A stretch of DNA of 64,000 bases from assembly GCA_016182095.1 (NCBI GenBank), contig JACOXY010000011.1:3794-67793 (forward strand), in the 5' to 3' direction. The DNA is from Candidatus Liptonbacteria bacterium (GTDB lineage: Bacteria; Patescibacteriota; Minisyncoccia; UBA6257; JACOXY01). The notes beneath the pieces were generated by a model. The model was given only the letters and a program-made list of their open reading frames with translations. It was not told where the DNA came from and did no database searches. This document shows positions 25,917 through 34,358 of the stretch, in pieces. Position 1 is the first letter of the stretch. Every line of letters starts with the position of its first letter. The position numbers and the translations under genes are program-made.

Positions 25917-27016
25917 TTTGTTGCGGTTGTAAAATTCTTCACAACGTCCGCGACAACGCTGACTTCTTCGGCGGTCAACTCTGGAAACATTGGGAGTGAG
26001 ATAATCCGTTCTGCCACACGCTCTGCGACAGGAAACGCCCACCGCTTATGCCCCAGGCGCGCATAAGCCCCTTGAAGGTGAAGTGGTATTGGGTAATGAA
26101 TGCCGCTTTCAATACCGCTCTCTTTGAGCGAGGCCTGAAGCCTATCGCGCTCCAGGGCCTCAATCACGTATAAATGATACGCGTGTCGTATGCCCGGGAG
26201 CACTTTTGGTATTGCTACGACACCCCCAAGTTTATCATCATATATTCGCGCAATGCTGTTTCTTTTTTCCATCCACTCATCAATATGTTTTAGTTTCGCA
26301 TCAAGAATTGCCGCCTGTAGCCCATCCAAACGACTATTAACACCTTCAAATTTATGGCTATATTTACCGACTCTTCCATGATTGGCGAACATTCTGATTT
26401 TTTCCGCAAGTTTATCGTCATTGGTAACAACTGCCCCGCCATCACCATAAGCGCCCAAATTTTTCGCAGGATAAAAGCTAAAAGTAGCCGCCGTGCCAAA
26501 AGTCCCAACTTTTTTGTCCGCATATTCCGCCCCATGAGCTTGCGCCGCATCTTCAATCACCATTAGCCCCCTGCTATTTGCTATGCGCATTATTTCATCC
26601 ATATCCGCTGGTTGTCCATAAAGATGTACCGGGATAATTGCTTTGGTTCTAGGAGTAATTGCGGCCTCAATTTCACTGGGATCAATATTGTAATACTCGT
26701 TGCAATCAACAAAAATAGGCGTGGCGCCCGCAAGAGTCACTGCCTCCGCAGTTGCAATAAAGGTGTTTACGGGAACAATTACCTCGTCTCCAGCACCAAC
26801 ACCCAAACATTTGAGCGTGATAAAAATGGCATCGGTGCCATTCCCAACGCCAATGCAATGTTTTGCACCTATATACGCGGCAAAGTTTTTCTCAAAATTT
26901 TCTACGTATTTACCCTTAATAAAGGCGGATTCTTCTATTACAGATTTTATAGCCGCAACAATTTCTTCCTTGATAGAAAGGTATTGTTTTTTAAGATCAA
27001 CAAGGGGGATTTTCAT
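25913..27016 (-). CDS. DegT/DnrJ/EryC1/StrS sugar aminotransferase (WbpE-like)
   Basis: [31 protein letters not shown] (catalytic Lys present). Confidence 0.95.
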   Translation of the reverse strand: MKIPLVDLKKQYLSIKEEIVAAIKSVIEESAFIKGKYVENFEKNFAAYIGAKHCIGVGNGTDAIFITLKCLGVGAGDEVIVPVNTFIATAEAVTLAGATPIFVDCNEYYNIDPSEIEAAITPRTKAIIPVHLYGQPADMDEIMRIANSRGLMVIEDAAQAHGAEYADKKVGTFGTAATFSFYPAKNLGAYGDGGAVVTNDDKLAEKIRMFANHGRVGKYSHKFEGVNSRLDGLQAAILDAKLKHIDEWMEKRNSIARIYDDKLGGVVAIPKVLPGIRHAYHLYVIEALERDRLQASLKESGIESGIHYPIPLHLQGAYARLGHKRWAFPVAERVAERIISLPMFPELTAEEVSVVADVVKNFTTATK

Positions 27017-27018
27017 CT

Positions 27019-27132
27019 CTAAAACGCTAAACTCTAATTTCTAAACTCTAAACAATTTCTCTGCTAAAGGCGGATTAGCTTTCGGCTAAAAAACTCAAAA
27101 TTTCAAACGCTTTGAAAATTATAATTTAGAGC
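27019..27132. repeat. CTAAACT heptamer arm with 30-bp double-hairpin insert (27060-27089) and degenerate right arm
   Basis: Shares CTAATTT CTAAACT CTAAACA ATTTC with the loci at 31201 and 32383. Confidence 0.88.
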
Positions 27133-28095
27133 TTAAGCGAAGCGCACAATTTGTCCGGTTTTAGCCGATTCTTTAGCCTTTTCCATAAACCTTACCAACT
27201 GTATGGCATGATCATCCAGGGCCAAAAATCTGTTACTATGATCCCCTTTTTGTATCGCTTCGACCACTCCTTCAAAAACCTTGTCATGATTAGACATCGA
27301 GCCTTTATAGGTTCCGTAGTCATTAGCTCCGGCGCCCTCCTCCAATTCATAAGTCGGAACTCCATTTACTTGGAATTGTTCAATGGTATTCAAATATTCT
27401 CCGCCGATTTTTACAGTGCCTTCCGTACCGATAAGCGTAATTGAGCCCTCAAAATTTTTATGGGTAGCACAGGTCGTATAGTTAAACGATCCGATAGCGC
27501 CATTAGCAAATTCCACTGCTATAACTCCGGCATCTTCTGTTTCAATTTTCTGTTTAAATGTGCCCATCAAAGCGTAAACCGATTTGGGCGGCCCCATAAA
27601 TTCAAGCATTAGATCGACAAAGTGGCTTGCCTGCGTAAAGAGCGCTCCGCCATCCAAAAGATGGGTTCCACGCCAAGCGTCAGCCTTATAATAATCTTCA
27701 CCCCTATTCCAAAACTAGCGATTTTGCTTTACCACATAGAGAAACTTTTGATTACGATAGGCGGCGTCAATCATGGCGCGGGCATCCTTCTCGGTAAACG
27801 CCATGGGCTTTTCACAGAGTACGTGCTTTTTGGCATTTAAGGCGGCTATGGAGTGCTCAGGGTGCAGACCTGAAGGAGTACAAATGTTTATAAGGTCGAT
27901 TGAATCATCTTTAACTAAATCTTCGGCATTGTAATAAGCTTTAACGCCTTGGTATTTTTTTACGATCGCATCGACGCGATCAGAAACAAGGTCACAAACC
28001 GCCACTAATTTAGCCCCATTTACATTTTGGAGTTTTTCCGCGTGCCTAGACCCTATTTTCCCGCATCCCAAGATAGCAAATTTAACCTCGTTCAT
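27133..28095 (-). pseudogene. Gfo/Idh/MocA oxidoreductase (WbpB/WlbA-like) with in-frame TAG and internal deletion
   Basis: GCGKIG, CEKPMA, VVKQNR*FWNR...WRGT..LDGG; both ORF halves are in one frame. Confidence 0.82.
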
Positions 28096-28163
28096 TGTGA
28101 GTTCATAATACAGCATTTTTGCCAATAAATAAACCTTGACAGTTATTAAACTTTATTTTCCGG

Positions 28164-28940
28164 TTAAATGAATTCCAGAACTAACGGCAAGTGGTCAGAG
28201 ACCTCAATATTTAAAGTTTTGAGGTTGCTTACGACAACATTTTGAGATACAAATATATAATCAGACACTGTGTCGCCCTCTCCCAAAAGTAGTGGGCTTC
28301 TTGTATATTTAATCCCGTAATTTTTAGTAACATTAACCAAAACTTTTTCGATCATGCCCACGCTTAAAGTTTCCGGGGAAAGATTAAAATCTCCGCAAAG
28401 TATTTTTTTGGTAGGCGAAGATTTTTTTAAAAAATCCAAAATTATTTCCGACTGTCTGATCCTTTCGGGGTTATCAACCTTGGGCCAGGTCGGTATGCCA
28501 TGAACATTACAGATTATGTAAGAACTGCCTTTATAAGAAATTTCAACAAATTGCATATTCTCGGGAAAAACATTGTCCCCGTCTTTATCGTCTTTTGCTA
28601 CCTCATTTTTATTTTTATATGTAAAAATTTCTCCGCTTTTTTTAATTTCGGCCGTATTTTTAACAAATGTGGCTTGGCCGGATGAAAGATCAAAATTAAC
28701 GGAACTCACATAATCATATCTGTCGCATTGAGCCGAAAAGGCTCCTTTAAAATCCGGCAGGGCTGTCTCGATTTCGCCGTAAAGATTAGACCTCATTCCA
28801 TTGCTTAATTTATGAAGTCCGCTTGATGTAAAAATTTCTTGAAAACAAAAGATGTCGGTGGTCGCGGCCGATGTTTTGATAAAATCCAGAAGCGGTCCAA
28901 AAACTCTTCCCCCCCAAGCATTTAGGCAAATGAGTTTCAT
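28164..28940 (-). CDS. endonuclease/exonuclease/phosphatase family protein
   Basis: LN.W, FQE, NVH, GDFN, DYIFVS, SDHLP. Confidence 0.92.
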   Translation of the reverse strand: MKLICLNAWGGRVFGPLLDFIKTSAATTDIFCFQEIFTSSGLHKLSNGMRSNLYGEIETALPDFKGAFSAQCDRYDYVSSVNFDLSSGQATFVKNTAEIKKSGEIFTYKNKNEVAKDDKDGDNVFPENMQFVEISYKGSSYIICNVHGIPTWPKVDNPERIRQSEIILDFLKKSSPTKKILCGDFNLSPETLSVGMIEKVLVNVTKNYGIKYTRSPLLLGEGDTVSDYIFVSQNVVVSNLKTLNIEVSDHLPLVLEFI

Positions 28941-31192
28941 TGTTTGCTAAAACTTTTATCTAAATTTCTAAATGCTTTTAAAAGGCCCTCTGTGTCCTCT
29001 TTATAGCTCCAGTCGGAAATAATTTCCTTTGATTTACCTTTCATTGATTCCAGAAGTTGTTCGTTATCTATAATTTTCTTAATATAGTGAGCTAATGCCT
29101 CAATGTCGCCCAGGCGATAGACAAAACCATTTTCGCCTTGCCTTACTAAATCCACCTGCGCCCCAATAGTGTGGGGAGCAATAACCGGCAAGCCGCAAGC
29201 CATGGCTTCATTCACAGTCGCGCCCCAATCGCCTTTTATATAATCGTCGGTTCTCACAAAAATATCAGTGATAGCATAGAGCTTTATTAATTCTCTTTGG
29301 TTTTTAAAACCTAAAAATTTTACGTTCGACAGACCTTTCTTCGCTACTTCTTTTTCAAGCGGTCCTTTTAGCTCTCCGTCGCCTATCATTAGTAAGCAAG
29401 TATCAGTAATTGAGTAATCAGAAATTAGTAATTCGTACGCCTTGATTACATGCTCGGGGTGCTTGTCATGCACAAAACGCGCCGCATAAGTTATAACTTT
29501 GGCTTTTGGGTCTATGCCAAGCTCACGCTTGATTTCATCGCGGCTATTTTCATATTTTTTTGATTCTTCCATAAAAAATTCGTTCCAAACGGCATAAGGA
29601 AAATGAAATATGCGCTCTTTAGGCGCGCCAAACTCAAGGTACATTTCACGATTCCAGGTACCAATCGCCAAAAAACCGGAAACAAATCCACGGAAAATAA
29701 TTTTTAAATATAGTCGTTTAAGCAATAAAAGAAATTTTGAACGCATTACATGCTTGTCATAATTAGAAGAATTTACAACTCGCAAAAATATCGGTGTTAA
29801 AGTAATTTTTGCGGATAAAAGCGTAAGCCAGGAAGTTATGTCCATCCAACCCAAAACAATCACGGCATCGTACCTGTTTTTCAGTAACTTCCAAAAAATA
29901 CCCGGATTAAATAATCCCCAAATTGAAGGCCTGGGTTTTGGCGCGTAATTTCGCAAAAATTTTAATTTATAGCCTACAAGTAGCGGAATATCCCATTTGT
30001 AAGCGATGCTGAAAAAATCTTTATGTAATTGCGGCTTGGAAACTCCCCAGTCAACACAATAATAAACAGTTATGTCTATTCGCTGATTCTTCGCAATTTC
30101 ACGCCATAGGGGAGATTGATATTGAATAGGATGAGTCGCGACTACCGCCAACTTATATTTTTTTGGCGCTAACTGGAGCGCAAATTCTTCGGCTACTTCA
30201 GGAAGCGTTTTGTCTGTTTTAATCTCCAAAAAATTCTTCGCTTTCATTCCCCATCTACGGTACTCCTCAAGCTGACGGCCGATCTCTTCCGGAGTATGCT
30301 CTTGTCTTCTTTCATAAATTTCCGATGCGTCATTTGAAAGCAAGATCGCCAAGTCGGGTTTTGGCATAAAGAAAAAAGCTGCCTTAAAAAACCATAATGG
30401 AATTCCGTATTTTGTCTTCGGCCTCGGATCAACAAGGTGACTATAATAATATCTTTCGCCAATCACCGTTTTCCCTTTGGTTAAAAGCGGGCGAATCACA
30501 AACCAGTATCCCAAAAAGTGGTCTAGTGCATGATATAAAAATCTGAAAAATCCAGGGATCCGCGATTCGCCCGGGGGTTGCTTATTTTTGCCAAAAGAAA
30601 ACATCCCCTGCTTGGTTGGTAGGATCTTTGGCCGAAACCCAAGGTGCGCGTGCCACACAGGCACATGGAAAGCTTCCAGAATTTTTGCCGCCAGCTCTGC
30701 GGTTGCCGATTTGCCGACTCCATCGGGACCCAGCACAACCACAAAATTGCCCGGCGGGGAAAGAAGCCGTGAGGGATAAGAAAGGATATTCTTAAGCGTG
30801 CTTTTTGGCTTTTTTTCGTAAAGCATTTCGGGAATATGGTATATTTCTTTTTCATTTTTTTCCCGTTTAGCGAGCAACGCTCCCGGATTTTTCACAGGAT
30901 TAGTGAAGTCCAATCTCAAGAAAACCAGCTCATTCCCGACAAATGTGTAGAGCACCATGTATAATCCGCCAATATTTTGCCGCTCGTAAACTTTAAATCC
31001 ATTATCTAGTGCGCACTCGCCGACAAAATCGCGAACCATCCTTTCGTCTCTTTTTTCTATAACTATGTCTATATCGTTTCCTATATTTTCCGGTATGAGT
31101 TCCGCCTTCCTTAAAACTGCGTAATTTATTCCACGCTTATTTAGCCCATCAAAAAAAGAAGTGAGTATTTTAGCAACTAATGGATGAGTCAT
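28937..31192 (-). CDS. three-domain fusion: nucleotidyltransferase-like + thymidylate-kinase-like + GT4
   Basis: YAVLR...GNDIDI; GPDGVGKS...ERY...PKPD; THPIQYQ...VNEAMACGLPVI. Confidence 0.85.
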   Translation of the reverse strand: MTHPLVAKILTSFFDGLNKRGINYAVLRKAELIPENIGNDIDIVIEKRDERMVRDFVGECALDNGFKVYERQNIGGLYMVLYTFVGNELVFLRLDFTNPVKNPGALLAKREKNEKEIYHIPEMLYEKKPKSTLKNILSYPSRLLSPPGNFVVVLGPDGVGKSATAELAAKILEAFHVPVWHAHLGFRPKILPTKQGMFSFGKNKQPPGESRIPGFFRFLYHALDHFLGYWFVIRPLLTKGKTVIGERYYYSHLVDPRPKTKYGIPLWFFKAAFFFMPKPDLAILLSNDASEIYERRQEHTPEEIGRQLEEYRRWGMKAKNFLEIKTDKTLPEVAEEFALQLAPKKYKLAVVATHPIQYQSPLWREIAKNQRIDITVYYCVDWGVSKPQLHKDFFSIAYKWDIPLLVGYKLKFLRNYAPKPRPSIWGLFNPGIFWKLLKNRYDAVIVLGWMDITSWLTLLSAKITLTPIFLRVVNSSNYDKHVMRSKFLLLLKRLYLKIIFRGFVSGFLAIGTWNREMYLEFGAPKERIFHFPYAVWNEFFMEESKKYENSRDEIKRELGIDPKAKVITYAARFVHDKHPEHVIKAYELLISDYSITDTCLLMIGDGELKGPLEKEVAKKGLSNVKFLGFKNQRELIKLYAITDIFVRTDDYIKGDWGATVNEAMACGLPVIAPHTIGAQVDLVRQGENGFVYRLGDIEALAHYIKKIIDNEQLLESMKGKSKEIISDWSYKEDTEGLLKAFRNLDKSFSKQ

Positions 31193-31200
31193 GCTATATA

Positions 31201-31330
31201 AAACTCTAAGCTCTAATTTCTAAACTCCAAACAATTTCTCCGCCAAAGGCGGATCAGCCTTCGGCTGAAAATATCTAAACTCAAAGTTTTAAAAAAATTG
31301 AATTTTAAGTTTGTTTAGAATTTAGGGTTT
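31201..31330. repeat. inverted CTAAACT heptamer arms without a cargo gene; 30-bp double-hairpin insert at 31239-31268
   Basis: Left arm 31201-31238, right arm 31298-31330; TCCGCCAAAGGCGGA+TCAGCCTTCGGCTGA. Confidence 0.9.
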
Positions 31331-31335
31331 AAAAG

Positions 31336-32379
31336 TTATTCAGCGATTATCTCAAACATTTTCTCCAATCTTTTTTGAAAGGTGTACTCCCTGTGAGCGC
31401 GCGCGTAAGCAGTATCCGCGATTCTTTTTCGTTCATCATCATGATGGAGATAATAATCAACTTTTTCTAATAATTCGGTCGGGTTTTTGAAAGTAACTAT
31501 TTCTTTATCAATTTCAAAAAAATTTTTAATTTCGTCCCGGTGTTCACAAAGCTGAAATCCTCCACAGCCCGCGATTTCAAAAAAACGCTGATTCACTCCC
31601 AAAAACTCTCCTTGAAACGTGTTCAAAACGATCTTGGCGCCATTAAAGGCTTTGGATTTTTCAAGTTCGGAAACTGCTCTTCCTTGATAAACTTTTTTAA
31701 CTGGGGATTTGAGCCATCGGGGAATATCTAATCCCCACAACTTAACTTTATATTTTTTGATAAGCGGCTCAAAAACTTTGGCGCGAAAATAATACATATT
31801 GCCGGCAGTAGTTATGTCACACTCATAAATTTCCTTTTCTTCTTCAGTCAATTCCACACGCTTATGCCATTTAGGCATACAGGCTTCCGGTAAATAATGC
31901 GCGCTTAAGCCTAAAGACAGCGCCCGATCTACCAGAAATCTGTCTTTAAAAAATAAGGCATCATAGGGAGCGGCAAAAAAATATTGCCTGCCGATATTGC
32001 CGGGATGATCGGGAAACCAAAGCACAATTTTAGCTCCGGTATTTTTCTTGAGGCGGCTTATGATTTCCGGTGGGGTCTTGGCGCTTACCGTTATAATCAA
32101 ATCCGGATTATTTTTCTCTATAAGACCCGCGAGCCGGCTGTAAGTTTTGAATTCATACTTGGAAGACCTCACTATCAAAGTTTCTATGGCAGCTTTTTTA
32201 GCTCGTGTAAAAAAACCAAGCCGGCCATTTTTGTCCACGCCTTTTTTAAATGAAATCCCGAGCATTTCCCGCTCGTCAACCGCAGAAACTTTATAACCCA
32301 TACTTTCCAAGGTAACCAAAATGCTCTTCGGCAAGGTATCCGCATGCTGGGGTCCAACAACAACTATATTTTTATACAT
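31336..32379 (-). CDS. CgeB-like glycosyltransferase
   Basis: WFPD.P, YLPEAC, KIVLN, NQRFFEIAGCGGF. Confidence 0.88.
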   Translation of the reverse strand: MYKNIVVVGPQHADTLPKSILVTLESMGYKVSAVDEREMLGISFKKGVDKNGRLGFFTRAKKAAIETLIVRSSKYEFKTYSRLAGLIEKNNPDLIITVSAKTPPEIISRLKKNTGAKIVLWFPDHPGNIGRQYFFAAPYDALFFKDRFLVDRALSLGLSAHYLPEACMPKWHKRVELTEEEKEIYECDITTAGNMYYFRAKVFEPLIKKYKVKLWGLDIPRWLKSPVKKVYQGRAVSELEKSKAFNGAKIVLNTFQGEFLGVNQRFFEIAGCGGFQLCEHRDEIKNFFEIDKEIVTFKNPTELLEKVDYYLHHDDERKRIADTAYARAHREYTFQKRLEKMFEIIAE

Positions 32380-32382
32380 AGC

Positions 32383-32444
32383 AAACTCTAAACTCTAATT
32401 TCTAAACTCTAAACAATTTCAAAATTCAAAGCTCTAAATTCTAA
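32383..32444. repeat. left CTAAACT heptamer arm of the four-helix-bundle cassette
   Basis: AAACT CTAAACT CTAATTT CTAAACT CTAAACA ATTTCAAA...; includes the gene's stop codon. Confidence 0.9.
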
Positions 32445-32818
32445 GATCTGCTCTTCCCGCTCTTTTCAATAATTGATCCGAAAATTCTCATAAGTTCTTC
32501 AGCTTCATTGGTGAGAACTACGCACTCTTGCTCAAGGGTAACAACATTGCCCGTGTCAAGCAACCGAAGCCAAGATCGACTTTCTTTGGCTTCTTTCCTG
32601 CAGATTTTTATTCTGTGCATACCGTCTTTTTTACTCAATGTCTCGACAAACTCTATAAAATTGGCATGCGTTGAGCCAGAGGAGCGCGCGAGCTGCTTCC
32701 CATCTTCTATGTTTCCAATAGTTCTTGGTAATTCTTTGACGAGAACACGGCATCGTTTCGCAAATAAAAAAGTTCTTTCTTCAAGATTATATGGTTTTGA
32801 GTTTTGAGTTTCCGGCAT
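32441..32818 (-). CDS. four helix bundle protein (23S rRNA IVS protein-like family)
   Basis: LEERT..FA, QL.RS.GS..AN..E, SKKD..HR.KI.RKEAKE...WL.LL, EA.EL..I..SI. Confidence 0.92.
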   Translation of the reverse strand: MPETQNSKPYNLEERTFLFAKRCRVLVKELPRTIGNIEDGKQLARSSGSTHANFIEFVETLSKKDGMHRIKICRKEAKESRSWLRLLDTGNVVTLEQECVVLTNEAEELMRIFGSIIEKSGKSRS

Positions 32819-32858
32819 TTGAGTTTATTTAGAATTTAGAGTTTAGGATTTAGAGTTT
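32792..32858. repeat. right (inverted) AGTTTAG heptamer arm of the four-helix-bundle cassette
   Basis: Reverse complement reads AAACT CTAAATC CTAAACT CTAAATT CTAAATA AACTCAAA. Confidence 0.9.
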
Positions 32859-34274
32859 GTTGATGTAACTTTTTACATCAACCACATACATCTGTCGGCT
32901 ACCGTCATGCACCGAATCAAAACAAATTTGAGTACCATCACGATTCCAGCGCGGATGAAGATCGGAGCGCATTTCGCTTATATCCCACGGCTCAACGCGG
33001 CCATCGGGCAGCGTATTTGTTTTTAAGCCAGAGGGCAAGGAATGGAACTTACCAATCTCTATTTTTTTTCCGGTTATCCAATTATAAAGAATAAGCGCGC
33101 GATAATGATTTTTGTCCGGGTATGTATCTGTTATAACCCAATTTCCGTCGTATGAAAATTGCGGGTGGCCGTCTTCGGTCATTAAACCCACCGCGATACG
33201 CCTTACTTTTTCAGATTTATCATGCAACAAGAAATAACTTTGACCCGCAATTTTTTGCTTTAAACTGCCGCGCAGTAATCTCACCAATCGCAGGAGAGGC
33301 TTAAATAAAGGATTATTTAAAATTCCAATTCTTCGCAGAGCCACCGCTTGAGGACTCCATTTCCCGTAAGCTAAAATTTCCGCGTCATTACGCCAACCAA
33401 AGTGAGAAATGTGGCCCGGCAAAACGTAAATATCGCCGCCATCTGGATTCGCTGTTACAAACCGCTGCATAGATCCGCCATCGGGTAATAAGAACTTGTC
33501 GACAAAACAGATTCGCGTGCCGGATGGATTAAAGTTAACATGAGTGAGATAGTGATGCTCATTTTCTCGTGGAAAGTTATTGAGATGCGCAACATCGTGA
33601 ATAGAAATTGCTAATTTAACTTCTCCGGTCTCCAAATCAATCCGAAAAATACCGTCATCTTTAGGAAACGGCTCCTCAAGATTTAGAGTTTCGGATTTAG
33701 AGTTTAGAGTTTGATAGGCATAACCATAACCTCCATATTTTTTTAGGCGAGCAAAGTTAAGGCCCAGAGCAAACTTTCCGTTCGGACTAACCGCGTAAAT
33801 CGGGGCGGGTAGCACTTTTTTTTCGCCAGTTTCTACATCCAATATCACGGAGACAAACCGCTCTCCCTGCCTATCATTGTAGATACACTTTCTTACAATA
33901 TTGGGGTTTCGGATGTCCAACCCGGACCCATCAATATTTGGGACATCCGAAGCAACGCCACCAGGCAGCCACTGCAATCGTGAACCTTGATGAAAATTCC
34001 ATGCATTGGTCTCTGCCAATGCTACCAATGACATTTGACCATTAACATTTGACCCCGAATCAAAACCTTTGGTTTTTGACGGGGCAAGCATATCTATCAA
34101 ACAAATACGCGCGGTATCCGAAGCGGTGGGAGGACGATATATAAAATCAACTTCTTCGGCAAGTAAAAATCTGCCTGATGCATCCCACGGACACAAATCG
34201 TGAAAACCAAAGAAGTGATGTTTTGGCCCAACGGTTACACCTTTTATTGGGAACTTGGAAATAAGATTTGGCAC
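32850..34274 (-). CDS. beta-propeller protein (TolB/oligogalacturonate-lyase-like) with repeat insertions
   Basis: HHFFGFHD..PW, AWNFHQG..LQW, DGHP, TDTYPD, R.DLHPRW. Confidence 0.75.
   Translation of the reverse strand: MPNLISKFPIKGVTVGPKHHFFGFHDLCPWDASGRFLLAEEVDFIYRPPTASDTARICLIDMLAPSKTKGFDSGSNVNGQMSLVALAETNAWNFHQGSRLQWLPGGVASDVPNIDGSGLDIRNPNIVRKCIYNDRQGERFVSVILDVETGEKKVLPAPIYAVSPNGKFALGLNFARLKKYGGYGYAYQTLNSKSETLNLEEPFPKDDGIFRIDLETGEVKLAISIHDVAHLNNFPRENEHHYLTHVNFNPSGTRICFVDKFLLPDGGSMQRFVTANPDGGDIYVLPGHISHFGWRNDAEILAYGKWSPQAVALRRIGILNNPLFKPLLRLVRLLRGSLKQKIAGQSYFLLHDKSEKVRRIAVGLMTEDGHPQFSYDGNWVITDTYPDKNHYRALILYNWITGKKIEIGKFHSLPSGLKTNTLPDGRVEPWDISEMRSDLHPRWNRDGTQICFDSVHDGSRQMYVVDVKSYINKL
33681..33714. 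repeat. RTTTAGA heptamer tract inside CDS
   Basis: Encodes QTLNSKSETLN; same unit as the cassette arms. Confidence 0.85.
33908..33951. repeat. TTCGGATGTCC...GGACATCCGAA inverted repeat inside CDS
   Basis: 11-bp perfect arms; shares the GGACATC core with 6752 and 45354. Confidence 0.75.
34027..34054. repeat. TTTGACC-type heptamer tract inside CDS
   Basis: AATGACA TTTGACC ATTAACA TTTGACC; encodes SNVNGQMSL. Confidence 0.7.
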
Positions 34275-34358
34275 CGATATTTTCTTAATTTAATTAAGCG
34301 TATCACGCCCAAATTGTCATTGCAAAACTTTTACCAGTGCTATATTATTTGCTAGGTA

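Noticed and set aside
25917-26042. N-terminal extensions of ORF-track calls (also at 2519, 4079, 10854, 28125, 52826, 59856)
   Set aside because: They overlap neighbouring genes, promoters or repeat arrays; downstream ATGs fit the family N-termini better.
27715-27717. TAG recoding (pyrrolysine or alternative genetic code)
   Set aside because: TAG and TGA serve as normal stops in many other genes here, and the stop coincides with a deletion.
32441-32818. Diversity-generating retroelement (Avd-like gene) or 23S rRNA intervening sequence
   Set aside because: No reverse transcriptase, no TR/VR pair with adenine-specific mismatches, and no rRNA sequence seen in the window.
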